DNA of 64,000 nt from an uncultured Clostridia bacterium (GTDB lineage: Bacteria; Bacillota; Clostridia; TANB77; UBA1234), in assembly GCA_934149405.1 (NCBI GenBank), contig CAKPEV010000001.1, positions 64,685-128,684 on the forward strand, written 5' to 3'. Each line of letters starts with the position of its first letter. Within the stretch, counting starts at the first letter, position 1. The notes below the pieces were generated by a model. The model did not search any database, had not been told where the DNA came from, and saw only the letters and a list, made by a program, of their open reading frames with translations. Shown in pieces: positions 29,290 through 39,101 of the stretch. The position numbers and the translations under genes are program-made.

Positions 29290-30868
29290 CTATTTGTACA
29301 TGTTTTTTAACAAAACTGCGATTTCAGCTCTTGTAATACTATTTTTAGGTTTAAATGTGCCATCTGCATATCCATTTATTATACCTCTTTGAGCTAGTTT
29401 CATTATATATTGATATGACCAATCATTTTCAGACACATCCGAAAAACCGTTCAACCGTAGTGCTTGCATCATTTTCTTCAATTAACATACTTAGAATTTT
29501 GGCAACCTCTTCCCTTGTTATACTCTCGTCTGGTCTAAAACTTTTATTTGCATATCCTTCTATTATTCCGGTTTTTGTAAGGACGTTTATTTCATTTTTT
29601 GCCCAATGCTTATTTACATCGTAATAAAGCGTATCATTTGTGTGCGTAGTATCTAATTCTAGTATTCTTGTAATAATCACCGAAAATTCCGCCCTTGTCA
29701 GTTTTTCATTAGGTTTATAATACTCACTTGTTTTGCCGTTAACCCAACCTTTTTGCTTTACAAATTCTATAGCGTCCTTTGCCCATGCTACTTCGCCTAC
29801 ATCCAAAAATTCTTTTTTCTCATTTCCTAAGTATTTAGAATAATCGCTCCACACATCACTAGTTTCCTGTCCTAAACTCCAACATCCAATGCCTTTCAAG
29901 TTATATTTTTTTATAAGTTGTATTTTTTCTTGAATACTCTTAGAATTTTCAAAATAAAATGTATATGTTCCTGCGTACAAAGTTCTTCCATTTATAGAAG
30001 GCTTTAAGTCTCCTGCTCTAATTTTTATAATCGCACGTGCCGTAGCAGTTTCTTCATCATATGAAACTTCCGAATTGTAATTATTAATAAGACTTTGTAT
30101 TTTATTTAATGTTACGCCATAGCCTCCTGCCGTACTACCATTCTTCCAATATCGACCGTAGAATGGCAATCCTACAACTATTTTTTCAGCAGAGACTCTT
30201 TGTAATGCATACTTAATTGAATTTTCTATAAAACTTTTACTAGCTACTGAGCCTTCTGTTCCACCTTCATAATGTTCATCATATGCCATAATCATTAAAT
30301 AATCTGCATACTGGGCTAATCTTTCATAATCGTATGACCCCTGCCAACCATTTTTATAATTATTTGGATTAGCTGCAACCGCTACAGAAACAGTCTTTTC
30401 TTCTGGCAATTTACTACGTAATAATCTAACTAATTCAATATAATTCTCCTTATCTTTTTCTGTCACATTTTCAATGTCAATATTTATTCCATCTAAATTA
30501 TATTGATTAATTACATAAGCTAAATCATTTGAAAGCTGTTCTCTATTACTAAGAGCAGCTCTTCCCTTAGCTCTGTCCCAATGATTACTTAAAAAAGGAG
30601 TTACTCTAATTGATTTACTATGCATTTCTTTTATTAATGTTTTATCAACATAGTTAAGCGACAAGTTTCCGTTATCATCCAAATCAAAATAACTCGGTGA
30701 TACAACATTTACAGAGTTATCATTTCTATTTACTAAAGAAATATAATCATAATTGCCGTACAGATATGCCATACTAATCTTATTAGCATTGCTAATTTTC
30801 AAGTTGCCAATTAATATCATTAGCAAAATAAGTATCGCTACAAACTTAATTCTCAATTTATTATCCAC
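29290..30868 (-). pseudogene. GH18 hydrolase fused to three C-terminal SLH domains (GTG start after an AAGGAGG RBS). The last SLH domain is in a different frame because of a T5 versus T4 homopolymer indel at 29441-29445. Probably a sequencing artefact.
   Basis: NLDGINIDIE. SLH motifs in both frames. Deleting one T gives ...TTVERFSDVSENDWSYQYI... Confidence 0.75.
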
Positions 30869-31045
30869 TCTTGTTTCCTCCTTATGTAATCTTCTACTTT
30901 TATTTTAAAATCACATAATTCTATAAACAATGCAAAAATTTTTCCTCTTTTGTAGATTTTTTGTAATAATCAATTTGATGATTAGATTGATATTTTACTA
31001 AAAATATTTTTAAACATAAGCAAAACGGAGGTCTATAACCTCCGT

Positions 31046-31381
31046 TTAATTTTCTATACCACCTTGCAAATTATATACGTTTGCATATCCTAATCTTTCA
31101 AGCATGTCAGTTGCTGCAACGCTCCTTATACCTTTTAAACAATAAACAACAATTAATTCATTTCTATCTGGTAAATAATAATATGCATAATTATTTATTT
31201 GCTCGACAGGAATATTTATACTACCTTGCAAGTGCTTTCTATAGTAATCCTCTTCTAACTGAGTATCTATGAGCTTTGCATTATAATTTACAACTAAATC
31301 CATAGCTTGGTCATATGATACATTTTTCATAAGCACCACTCCATACTCATATTGTATGCGCCTATGGCAAATATGTGCCAA
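31046..31381 (-). CDS. Rhodanese-domain sulfurtransferase.
   Basis: VVYCLKGIRS active-site Cys loop. Confidence 0.8.
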   Translation of the reverse strand: MAHICHRRIQYEYGVVLMKNVSYDQAMDLVVNYNAKLIDTQLEEDYYRKHLQGSINIPVEQINNYAYYYLPDRNELIVVYCLKGIRSVAATDMLERLGYANVYNLQGGIEN

Positions 31382-31383
31382 GC

Positions 31384-31629
31384 CTATTCTTCAATTATTT
31401 TAAACATTTCTGATGCTTCTTCTTTTTTTATTATTTCATCTACTCTTGTTATCTCAAATTTTATTGTTTTCTCTCCGAATTTTATTTCAACTATATCTCC
31501 ACATTTTACATTTGATGAAGCTTTTGCAATTCTTCCATTTATCATTACTCTTCCAGAATCACACGCTTCGTTAGCTACCGTTCTTCTTTTTATAACTCTG
31601 CTAACTTTTAAGAACTTGTCTAATCTCAT
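31384..31629 (-). CDS. rqcP: S4-domain ribosome quality control factor RqcP (YabO).
   Basis: MRLDKFLKVSRVIKRRTVANEACDSGRVMINGRIAKASSNVKCGDIVEIKF is very close to B. subtilis YabO. Confidence 0.8.
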   Translation of the reverse strand: MRLDKFLKVSRVIKRRTVANEACDSGRVMINGRIAKASSNVKCGDIVEIKFGEKTIKFEITRVDEIIKKEEASEMFKIIEE

Positions 31630-31697
31630 ACTTTTGTTATTCCCTCCGATATATTAATTTAAAAAAATGGACTGCCGAAAGGCAATCCATAATTAAA

Positions 31698-31976
31698 CTA
31701 TTTCTTATTTACTAAATCTTTTAATGGCTTACCAGCTTTGAATACTGGAGCTTTAGAAGCAGGTATCTTAATTTCCTCTTTAGTTTGAGGGTTTCTACCT
31801 TTTCTTGGAGCTCTTTTTCTAACTTCGAAAGAACCAAATCCAACTAATTGAACTTTGTCACCTTTCTTTAAAGCTGTTTCAACAGCGTTAATAAATGCAT
31901 TTAAAGCAGCTTCTGCTGATTTCTTAGAAATATCTGCATCTTCTGCAATTTTAGCAACTAAATCAAGTTTGTTCAT
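31698..31976 (-). CDS. hup: HU family DNA-binding protein.
   Basis: [12 protein letters not shown]...[20 protein letters not shown]. Confidence 0.9.
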   Translation of the reverse strand: MNKLDLVAKIAEDADISKKSAEAALNAFINAVETALKKGDKVQLVGFGSFEVRKRAPRKGRNPQTKEEIKIPASKAPVFKAGKPLKDLVNKK

Positions 31977-32139
31977 TATAATACTACCTCCTAATTAAAT
32001 TTTGTTTTGATATAGCCTTTACATCTATATTCCTATATTTATATTTCGCCATTTCTTTTAATAATCCTGCTTTTTTTCTGCTATTTTTCAACTTTTTTTA
32101 TAAAAAATGTTGATTTTTCAACGTTTTATTCAATTATGT

Positions 32140-33882
32140 TTACTTTGTTTCTGTTGTATGAGACTTTACAAGTTTTATTTTTTCTAAAAATCTATATATT
32201 TTATCACCATATGGCAACATATGATAATCATCTCTGTCAAAAACACCGATTAAGATTATTCCAAAGAAATAAACTATTATTGCAATTAGTATTGCCATCA
32301 ATGTAGCAATTGATGTACGATTCAATATCATTAAAACACCTTTATGAGTTAACACTGCCATTATTCCCATTATTAATGTTACAATCAAAGGTTTTAAAAT
32401 ACCTTGTTTATAATCCATATTTAATTTCAAACTTCTATGTAAAAATACTATGTTTATTATCATTGCAACCAGTGAACATACAATAGAACCTATTGCTGCT
32501 CCATTAATTCCTATTGCCGGAATTAATAAGACATTTACAACTACTTTTGCTAAAGCTCCAATCGCAAGTCCTATCGCTGGCACCATTACTTTTCCAAGTC
32601 CTTGTAATGCTCCACTCAACGTTTGATTCATAAGTGTAAATATTACTACTAAAGAACTTAATTTTAGTAACATTGGTGCTTCAACTGCAACTGCATTTGG
32701 GAATAGCAATGTTAATATCGGTTCAGCTAAAACTGCCATTCCTACTGCACATGGTAAAGCAATTAGTAATGTTGTTCTAATCGAAAAAGCAATTCTTCTT
32801 CTTGCTGTTTTTTCATCATTCTTTGCCATAGCTTCCGATATGGTTGGTACCAAAGCTGTTGAAAACGCTATATTTAACGCTGTAGGTAAACCTATTAGCA
32901 TATCTATTTTCCCTGATAATATTCCATACAATCTTGTTGCTTCAGCCGTTATCATTTCAGTAGTTCCAAACATTTGACTTGTAAGTCTTTTTTTCAAACC
33001 ACCAATTACTGTGAATGTATCTATATTTCTATTAATAGCGGAAATTATTGATGCTAATGATATTGGTATTGAAAACTTTAATATTGTTTTTATTATATCT
33101 TTTTTAGCATGTTTTTCATAAGTTCCTGTAGCCTCATTTATGTCCTTCCAAATTTCTTTTTTTCTCTTATTATAAAATCTGAATAGATATATAAAGCTGC
33201 AAAATGCTGCAAGTGTTGATGCAAAGTTTGCTGCTACCGCCATTGCTTCTGTAACATTTGACTCTGATACATTTAATAATCTTGATATTGCACTCGGATT
33301 GGTACTTGCTAAAAATCTTATTAAAAGAACAAGAATTATTGTAAAAGAACTCTTAAAAAATTGTTCTAATATCTGCGAATTAGATGTTGCTTTCATGTTA
33401 TACATTCCATTAAAGTAACCTCTAATAACTGCAGCTATCGCAACAAAAAATATCGCTGGCGATAATGCTTTCATAACTCCTGTTACAGCCGGATTTCCAA
33501 TCCATTTAGTTGCTATAAGTTCCGCTCCAAAAAATAGGAACAACGCACCAGTTAATCCAATGGCTCCAAATAACATTAATGCAACTTTAAATATATCATG
33601 TGCCTCTTTGTTTTTTCCTAATGCAATACGCTCTGAAACAAGTTTTGCAATCGCACTAGGTACACCAATTGATGCAAATGCTAAAAGTAATGTGTATATC
33701 TGATATCCAGCACCATATAAGCCATTTCCTTCATCACCGAATCCATCTACATTGGTAATTACAAGTCTATATAAAAGTCCCAACACTTTTACTATTATCT
33801 GTGCAAAAAGGATTGTCATTACGCCTTCCATAAAAGTTTGTTTTTTATTTACTTTTTTCTCCATATGTATTTTCTCCATCAT
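32140..33882 (-). CDS. MOP-superfamily flippase (YabM / SpoVB-like polysaccharide biosynthesis protein).
   Basis: About 14 TM helices. Synteny spoVT-yabM-...-yabO matches Bacillus. Confidence 0.75.
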   Translation of the reverse strand: MMEKIHMEKKVNKKQTFMEGVMTILFAQIIVKVLGLLYRLVITNVDGFGDEGNGLYGAGYQIYTLLLAFASIGVPSAIAKLVSERIALGKNKEAHDIFKVALMLFGAIGLTGALFLFFGAELIATKWIGNPAVTGVMKALSPAIFFVAIAAVIRGYFNGMYNMKATSNSQILEQFFKSSFTIILVLLIRFLASTNPSAISRLLNVSESNVTEAMAVAANFASTLAAFCSFIYLFRFYNKRKKEIWKDINEATGTYEKHAKKDIIKTILKFSIPISLASIISAINRNIDTFTVIGGLKKRLTSQMFGTTEMITAEATRLYGILSGKIDMLIGLPTALNIAFSTALVPTISEAMAKNDEKTARRRIAFSIRTTLLIALPCAVGMAVLAEPILTLLFPNAVAVEAPMLLKLSSLVVIFTLMNQTLSGALQGLGKVMVPAIGLAIGALAKVVVNVLLIPAIGINGAAIGSIVCSLVAMIINIVFLHRSLKLNMDYKQGILKPLIVTLIMGIMAVLTHKGVLMILNRTSIATLMAILIAIIVYFFGIILIGVFDRDDYHMLPYGDKIYRFLEKIKLVKSHTTETK

Positions 33883-34039
33883 ATATAATATTATTTTTAC
33901 TATATAAATTATAGTGTTTCAATCTTAAAATATCAAGGTATTTTACAAACAATGCACAATTATGAACATTGTTTAATGTGTATTCATCGCCATACATATT
34001 TTAATAAAAATTGTTATTATACGCAAAAATGGAGAAGTT

Positions 34040-34594
34040 CTACTCCTCCATTTGTTTTCCTAAAAAACCAGCAGCTGATTGAACTACTTTCATTTCAACT
34101 TCATTCATTTTTGCACTTGGTTCAGTTGAAAGTAGCATTACAGTCCCTATTGTGTCCCCTTCAGCTATTATTGGATATATAACTTGCGATGTGTACTTTT
34201 CGCTTTCAGCATCAGTTAATAAAACTGGCATGTGCTTTTCATCTTTATTCTTTGATGCCCAAACCATTTTATCTTCCATTAGCTTTTCTAGTTCTGTACT
34301 TACGCTTTTTTCTAAATATTCTTTTTTTGGTGCCCCAGAAACAGCTATTATTGTATCTTTATCACTTATGCATGCAATATGCCCAGTAGCCTTTGCAAGA
34401 GCTTCTGTATATTGAGTAGCGAATTCACTAAGTTCACCTATCGGAGAATATTTCTTTAAGATTATTTCTCCTTCTTTATCAGTGAAGATTTCTAGTGGAT
34501 CCCCTTCTCTAATTCTAAGTGTTTTTCTTATTTCTTTTGGAATTACTATTCTTCCTAAATCATCAATTCTTCTGACAACTCCAGTTGCTTTCAA
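34040..34594 (-). CDS. spoVT: Stage V sporulation protein T (AbrB-type N-terminal domain plus GAF).
   Basis: MKATGVVRRIDDLGRIVIPKEIRKTLRIREGDPLEIF... Confidence 0.85.
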   Translation of the reverse strand: MKATGVVRRIDDLGRIVIPKEIRKTLRIREGDPLEIFTDKEGEIILKKYSPIGELSEFATQYTEALAKATGHIACISDKDTIIAVSGAPKKEYLEKSVSTELEKLMEDKMVWASKNKDEKHMPVLLTDAESEKYTSQVIYPIIAEGDTIGTVMLLSTEPSAKMNEVEMKVVQSAAGFLGKQMEE

Positions 34595-34678
34595 ATTTCT
34601 CCCTCCTTTTTTAACATCCTGCTCTTATTATTGTGCTTTCTGTCAAAAAATATACATTATGGGAGAAATTTATTCATT

Positions 34679-36709
34679 TTATGCACTCTCTTCTTCTGCA
34701 ACCTTTTTTCTGCCTCTTCTAGCCTTTGGCTTTGGTCTTATAAGAATCATATCTAATGTTTTTATAAAATCTTGCATTAATATAACCTTTATTGTTGGCA
34801 CTTTTCCTCTTATATATTCTTCCATTGTTTGTTTTAATAATCTTATGTTTCTTTCCTCATTTTCTATGTCTCTTACTTTTTCATATCTCGCCGTTATCAA
34901 ATCTTTTAATAAAACAACATCTTCATTTTCTAATAACAATATTCTTTCAAATAATGTGTTCATATTATAGTACTTCATTATAGGAACATCTAAATGTTCT
35001 TCTGCAAATATATCTGATAACTTATCCATCTTGTCTGGAATCATTTCAAACATTTCCTTTGAAATCTCAATATATTCTTTCTCTTTCGTTTGAAGATTCA
35101 AGTTATTAAAATGTTCTAACATATATGTTATATTGTCGTCTGTATCAATCAAATTAGTGCCAGACATATATGCATCAATATCTTTACAATATTTAGACGT
35201 AGCTGCCGCAAGATTCATTCCATTTACAAATGTCAATTTTAAATATTCTGAATCTATATCTATTAAATTCTTTTGAATAAAGAAATTAAATATAACATAC
35301 AATTTAAAATATTCTGCTAATTGAAGTTTTCCAGCCTTAACGTCTTCTAAAGTTTCTGTTATAACTTTGTTAAACTCACTATCAGCAATCTTCCAATAAT
35401 CCTCTGTCAAAAGTCTCTTATAGCTTGGCATCTGTTCTCTATTTTCTTGTGCAACTATAGTTTCCATATCATCTTTAAATGTTCTCATATCAAATATTCT
35501 TGTTCTTACATATTTCTCAACGAATTTAAAGAATCTATAATCTGTTTTAAATGTAAAATAATAATTATTATCAAATTCTTTTATATAAAATTGTCTATTA
35601 TCCTTTAAGACCTTAGAAGCAACTAAAATTGTTTTATACTCTTCTAATGAATTAATATCTTTTAGTTTATCTTTTGTAACCTTACCAGCTTTTATTTCAA
35701 AAGATATTGCTATTGTAAATATCAATAGTGATTTTAAAACTATATCACTTATATCCGGATAATACTTTTTAGTTGTTTCAAATATTTTTTGGAAATCATT
35801 TAATGCATGTTTTAATATTCTTAAGTTTCTAGTTCCGCTTCTATTAAAAGTTTGTGTAATTAAATTAGAATTTCTTCTCAAAAATTGAATTAACGTTGGA
35901 TTACTTTCATATCTCATTAAAACTCCGTTTATTATATAAGTGAACTCCGGAATATACTCAAAAGTTTCTCCAATTAGTTTTTCTTTTATTCTTTCGTAAT
36001 CATTTGCTTTATCGAATATGTGCTCTATTTTATCTTCGATTAATTCTACCATAGGTTTATCTTCTTGTTCTTCTGCTAGTGAACTATCGGTTTCTTCGTT
36101 TTTATTTTCTGCTTTTATTTTTCCTTCATGGCTTAAGATATATGTAGCAATAAATGTCTTCATTTCAACATTTGTGCTTTTCAATTTCTTAGAAAGTTCT
36201 TTTTCATTACAAATTATTATTGTTTTCATATGGTCATGTTCAACGAAATTATTTATATATCCAAGTACATCTATTACATCCACATTTGCTCTCTCTAAGT
36301 CATCAAAGCAAAGTACTTTATCGTCTATATCAAAAAACTTAGCATAATCTACTTTATCATTTGTTTGCATAAAGCCAAAAGAATTTGCCATGTCTATACC
36401 AGTTTTCACATACTCTGGAATGCTCGAAACATTACGCATATCTAATATCTTTTTTATAGACTTATTTAGATTTGGATTCATCTCTATAAATATTTTTTTA
36501 CTTATATCATCTAAGTTAGAAATTCCGTACAATGACATATATATTGTTTTGTACCTTTTTCCATCTATTTCTGTTGACTCTATTTTATTTTTAACCTTAT
36601 TGTTCCAAAAATAAGTTTTCCCACTTCCCCATTCGCCATTTATCATAATAGCATGGTCTGTATAAGGCTTTCTAACATAATCTAAAATACTTTCAACCAA
36701 TTCATCCAT
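34679..36709 (-). CDS. KAP-family P-loop NTPase (676 aa).
   Basis: Walker A GEWGSGKTYF. Walker B LCFDDLER. A long helical C-terminal region typical of KAP NTPases. Confidence 0.7.
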   Translation of the reverse strand: MDELVESILDYVRKPYTDHAIMINGEWGSGKTYFWNNKVKNKIESTEIDGKRYKTIYMSLYGISNLDDISKKIFIEMNPNLNKSIKKILDMRNVSSIPEYVKTGIDMANSFGFMQTNDKVDYAKFFDIDDKVLCFDDLERANVDVIDVLGYINNFVEHDHMKTIIICNEKELSKKLKSTNVEMKTFIATYILSHEGKIKAENKNEETDSSLAEEQEDKPMVELIEDKIEHIFDKANDYERIKEKLIGETFEYIPEFTYIINGVLMRYESNPTLIQFLRRNSNLITQTFNRSGTRNLRILKHALNDFQKIFETTKKYYPDISDIVLKSLLIFTIAISFEIKAGKVTKDKLKDINSLEEYKTILVASKVLKDNRQFYIKEFDNNYYFTFKTDYRFFKFVEKYVRTRIFDMRTFKDDMETIVAQENREQMPSYKRLLTEDYWKIADSEFNKVITETLEDVKAGKLQLAEYFKLYVIFNFFIQKNLIDIDSEYLKLTFVNGMNLAAATSKYCKDIDAYMSGTNLIDTDDNITYMLEHFNNLNLQTKEKEYIEISKEMFEMIPDKMDKLSDIFAEEHLDVPIMKYYNMNTLFERILLLENEDVVLLKDLITARYEKVRDIENEERNIRLLKQTMEEYIRGKVPTIKVILMQDFIKTLDMILIRPKPKARRGRKKVAEEESA

Positions 36710-36743
36710 TTTTAAAATCTTTTCCTTTCATTACAAATTTCTT

Positions 36744-37370
36744 TTATGCATAAGCAACTGTTACAGCTATAACTTTTTTAGCACCTGCTTTTTTCAAAGT
36801 TTTAGCACATTCATTTAACGTAGAACCTGTTGTACAAACATCATCTACAAGCAATATAACCTTTCCTTGTACTAGTTTTTCATTCTTGACTTTATATGCA
36901 CCGAGTACATTGCTTTTTCTATCTCTTTCATGTAATTCGCTCTGTCTTTTATTATTCTTACTTTTTATTAATACGTTATTTAAAGATTTCTTAGCCAATA
37001 TCTTTGCCATCTCATCAGTTATTATTTTACTTTGATTAAAGCCTCTCTCCATAAATCTTTTTAGACTTATTGGAACAGGAATAATATAATCAAACTCAAA
37101 TTCTTTTATTCTCTGACTAAGCAAATATGCAAATGTTTTTCCAATATATTTTCCATCTCTAAACTTGAATTTGCAAATCTGTTTTCTTATATTTCCCACG
37201 TATGAATATAAACTAAGAATTTCGTCATAGCCATCCGAATTACATTTGTTTAGATGCTTTTCTCTATAACATTTTAATATATTTAAACATTTTTCACAAG
37301 CATAAGTATTGGTTTTTATATTTTTTTCACATATTCCACAAACATTTGGATATATCAAATTAAAAAGCAT
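36744..37370 (-). CDS. comFC: ComF-family protein (double zinc ribbon plus phosphoribosyltransferase domain, ComFC-like).
   Basis: N-terminal CGICEKNI...CEKCLN. PRTase loop VLLVDDVCTTGST. Confidence 0.65.
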   Translation of the reverse strand: MLFNLIYPNVCGICEKNIKTNTYACEKCLNILKCYREKHLNKCNSDGYDEILSLYSYVGNIRKQICKFKFRDGKYIGKTFAYLLSQRIKEFEFDYIIPVPISLKRFMERGFNQSKIITDEMAKILAKKSLNNVLIKSKNNKRQSELHERDRKSNVLGAYKVKNEKLVQGKVILLVDDVCTTGSTLNECAKTLKKAGAKKVIAVTVAYA

Positions 37371-37412
37371 AAGGGGACCTCCTTAAAAATTATAATTAGG
37401 TCCCCTTTAATT

Positions 37413-39077
37413 TTATATTTCTAAACTACGTATTATTTCATCAAATAAATAATCACCAAGTTCATCCATTACATCTTCATTTGCGGTCAATATCAAGTCA
37501 TATAAATTATTTCCAACAACTATATACAAAGAGTATATCATCTTATTCTCTGATGTTAGAATTTTAAATTTAACTGCATCATTACTGATTATTTTCATGT
37601 TTTCAGTTTTTACAAGCTCGCCATCTTTTCTTGCTATCTGTTTAAGCATAGCTTGTAGCTGATCAAAAGAATAATCTGACATATCTGTAACAGTATTTAC
37701 TTGTATAAATAGTTTAAATGGCGCATCTCCACTATATATCTTCTTTGTGTTATATGAATCATCTACCCCCACATAGCCTGATCTATAAGTAAATTTCAAA
37801 CTTAGTTTTCTATTTTGATATATCTCAAAATTTCTATCTGATATTTTTTCACCATCAATTAGTTTTAATGTAGTTAATACATTATCTACTAAATTATCTA
37901 ATGTTATATTTCTAAAAAGTATTGTATAAACAGTATTATCTCTCTTTATTACTAAGTACTTATAATTCTCGCTCCTACTTAGTGGTTCATACAACAAATA
38001 AAACGCATTATTTATTGTTCCTCTTTCTGTAATTTTATAAGATCTATCAACATCCCTTATCTTTTTCTTTCCTATGCTTTCTATGCTTTTTAAATAATAA
38101 TCGTCAGATTGTTCGATATTCATTAAAAGCATATTGTTTTCGAAATAATCAATATCTTTTTCCTTCCAAGCCTCTATAATCTTAACTTGATTAGAAATTG
38201 AAAATTCTATTCCGTATTCATCATTTTTGTATTGTTCTAATGTGTCTGATTCTCTTTCATATGCATATATCTTTTTGCCTTGAACATAAATTTTTTCTAT
38301 GTCCATTTCTTCGCATAAAATAAGATTTCCTTTTACTTCGACGTTCTTTAATGTTAATGTTTTACTGGTTCCAGCAGCGATTACTAAATTTCCATTAATA
38401 GTTAAATTGTTAAGCACAACATTATCACCAGCAATTATTATATTTCCATCTACTTTCCCCGTATGCATTCCACCAACCGCAATAGTATTAAACATTCTAC
38501 CAAGTAATGTAACAAACTCCGAACGTGTAATATATGCTTTTGGTCTTATTGTTTCATCTTCATACCCCATAATATATTTATAATTAACAAATGTTGCAAA
38601 ATAATCTTTTGACCATTTTGATATTTCTTCTTCGTCTATATAGTTTTTTGCAAGTGTCGTATTACCAGAAACGTAAAATGCCCTTGAGAGCATTGTCACA
38701 ACTTCTTCTCTTGTTACGTATGATGTTGGTTTAACGTAACCATTTTCATCACCCATTATTACCCCAGTTTGAACTGATTTTCTTATTTCAGAACTATACC
38801 AACTTTGCCTATCTAAATCTGGTATATACTTTAAAGATTCCTTTTGGGCACCAATTAGTCTATTAATTATCGTAGCAACTTCAGCCCTTGTCATATTTTT
38901 GTCTGGTCTGAAGGTATTGTCCTCATAACCTTTTACAATATTTATTTGGCTTAATTTTTCTATTGAATCTTTTGCCCAGTGATTATCTACATCTGAAAAA
39001 GCATATACTGACGATGAAACTGTCAACATAGACATTAACATAATAGGAATAATCTTTTTTTTCATTTTTTCCTCCAT
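37413..39077 (-). CDS. SLH-domain surface protein with a beta-helix-like middle region and a C-terminal domain.
   Basis: Signal peptide. Three SLH motifs (FSDVDNHWAKDSIEKL...). Confidence 0.8.
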   Translation of the reverse strand: MEEKMKKKIIPIMLMSMLTVSSSVYAFSDVDNHWAKDSIEKLSQINIVKGYEDNTFRPDKNMTRAEVATIINRLIGAQKESLKYIPDLDRQSWYSSEIRKSVQTGVIMGDENGYVKPTSYVTREEVVTMLSRAFYVSGNTTLAKNYIDEEEISKWSKDYFATFVNYKYIMGYEDETIRPKAYITRSEFVTLLGRMFNTIAVGGMHTGKVDGNIIIAGDNVVLNNLTINGNLVIAAGTSKTLTLKNVEVKGNLILCEEMDIEKIYVQGKKIYAYERESDTLEQYKNDEYGIEFSISNQVKIIEAWKEKDIDYFENNMLLMNIEQSDDYYLKSIESIGKKKIRDVDRSYKITERGTINNAFYLLYEPLSRSENYKYLVIKRDNTVYTILFRNITLDNLVDNVLTTLKLIDGEKISDRNFEIYQNRKLSLKFTYRSGYVGVDDSYNTKKIYSGDAPFKLFIQVNTVTDMSDYSFDQLQAMLKQIARKDGELVKTENMKIISNDAVKFKILTSENKMIYSLYIVVGNNLYDLILTANEDVMDELGDYLFDEIIRSLEI

Positions 39078-39101
39078 ATCTAATTAAAACTTACTTTTTT
39101 A

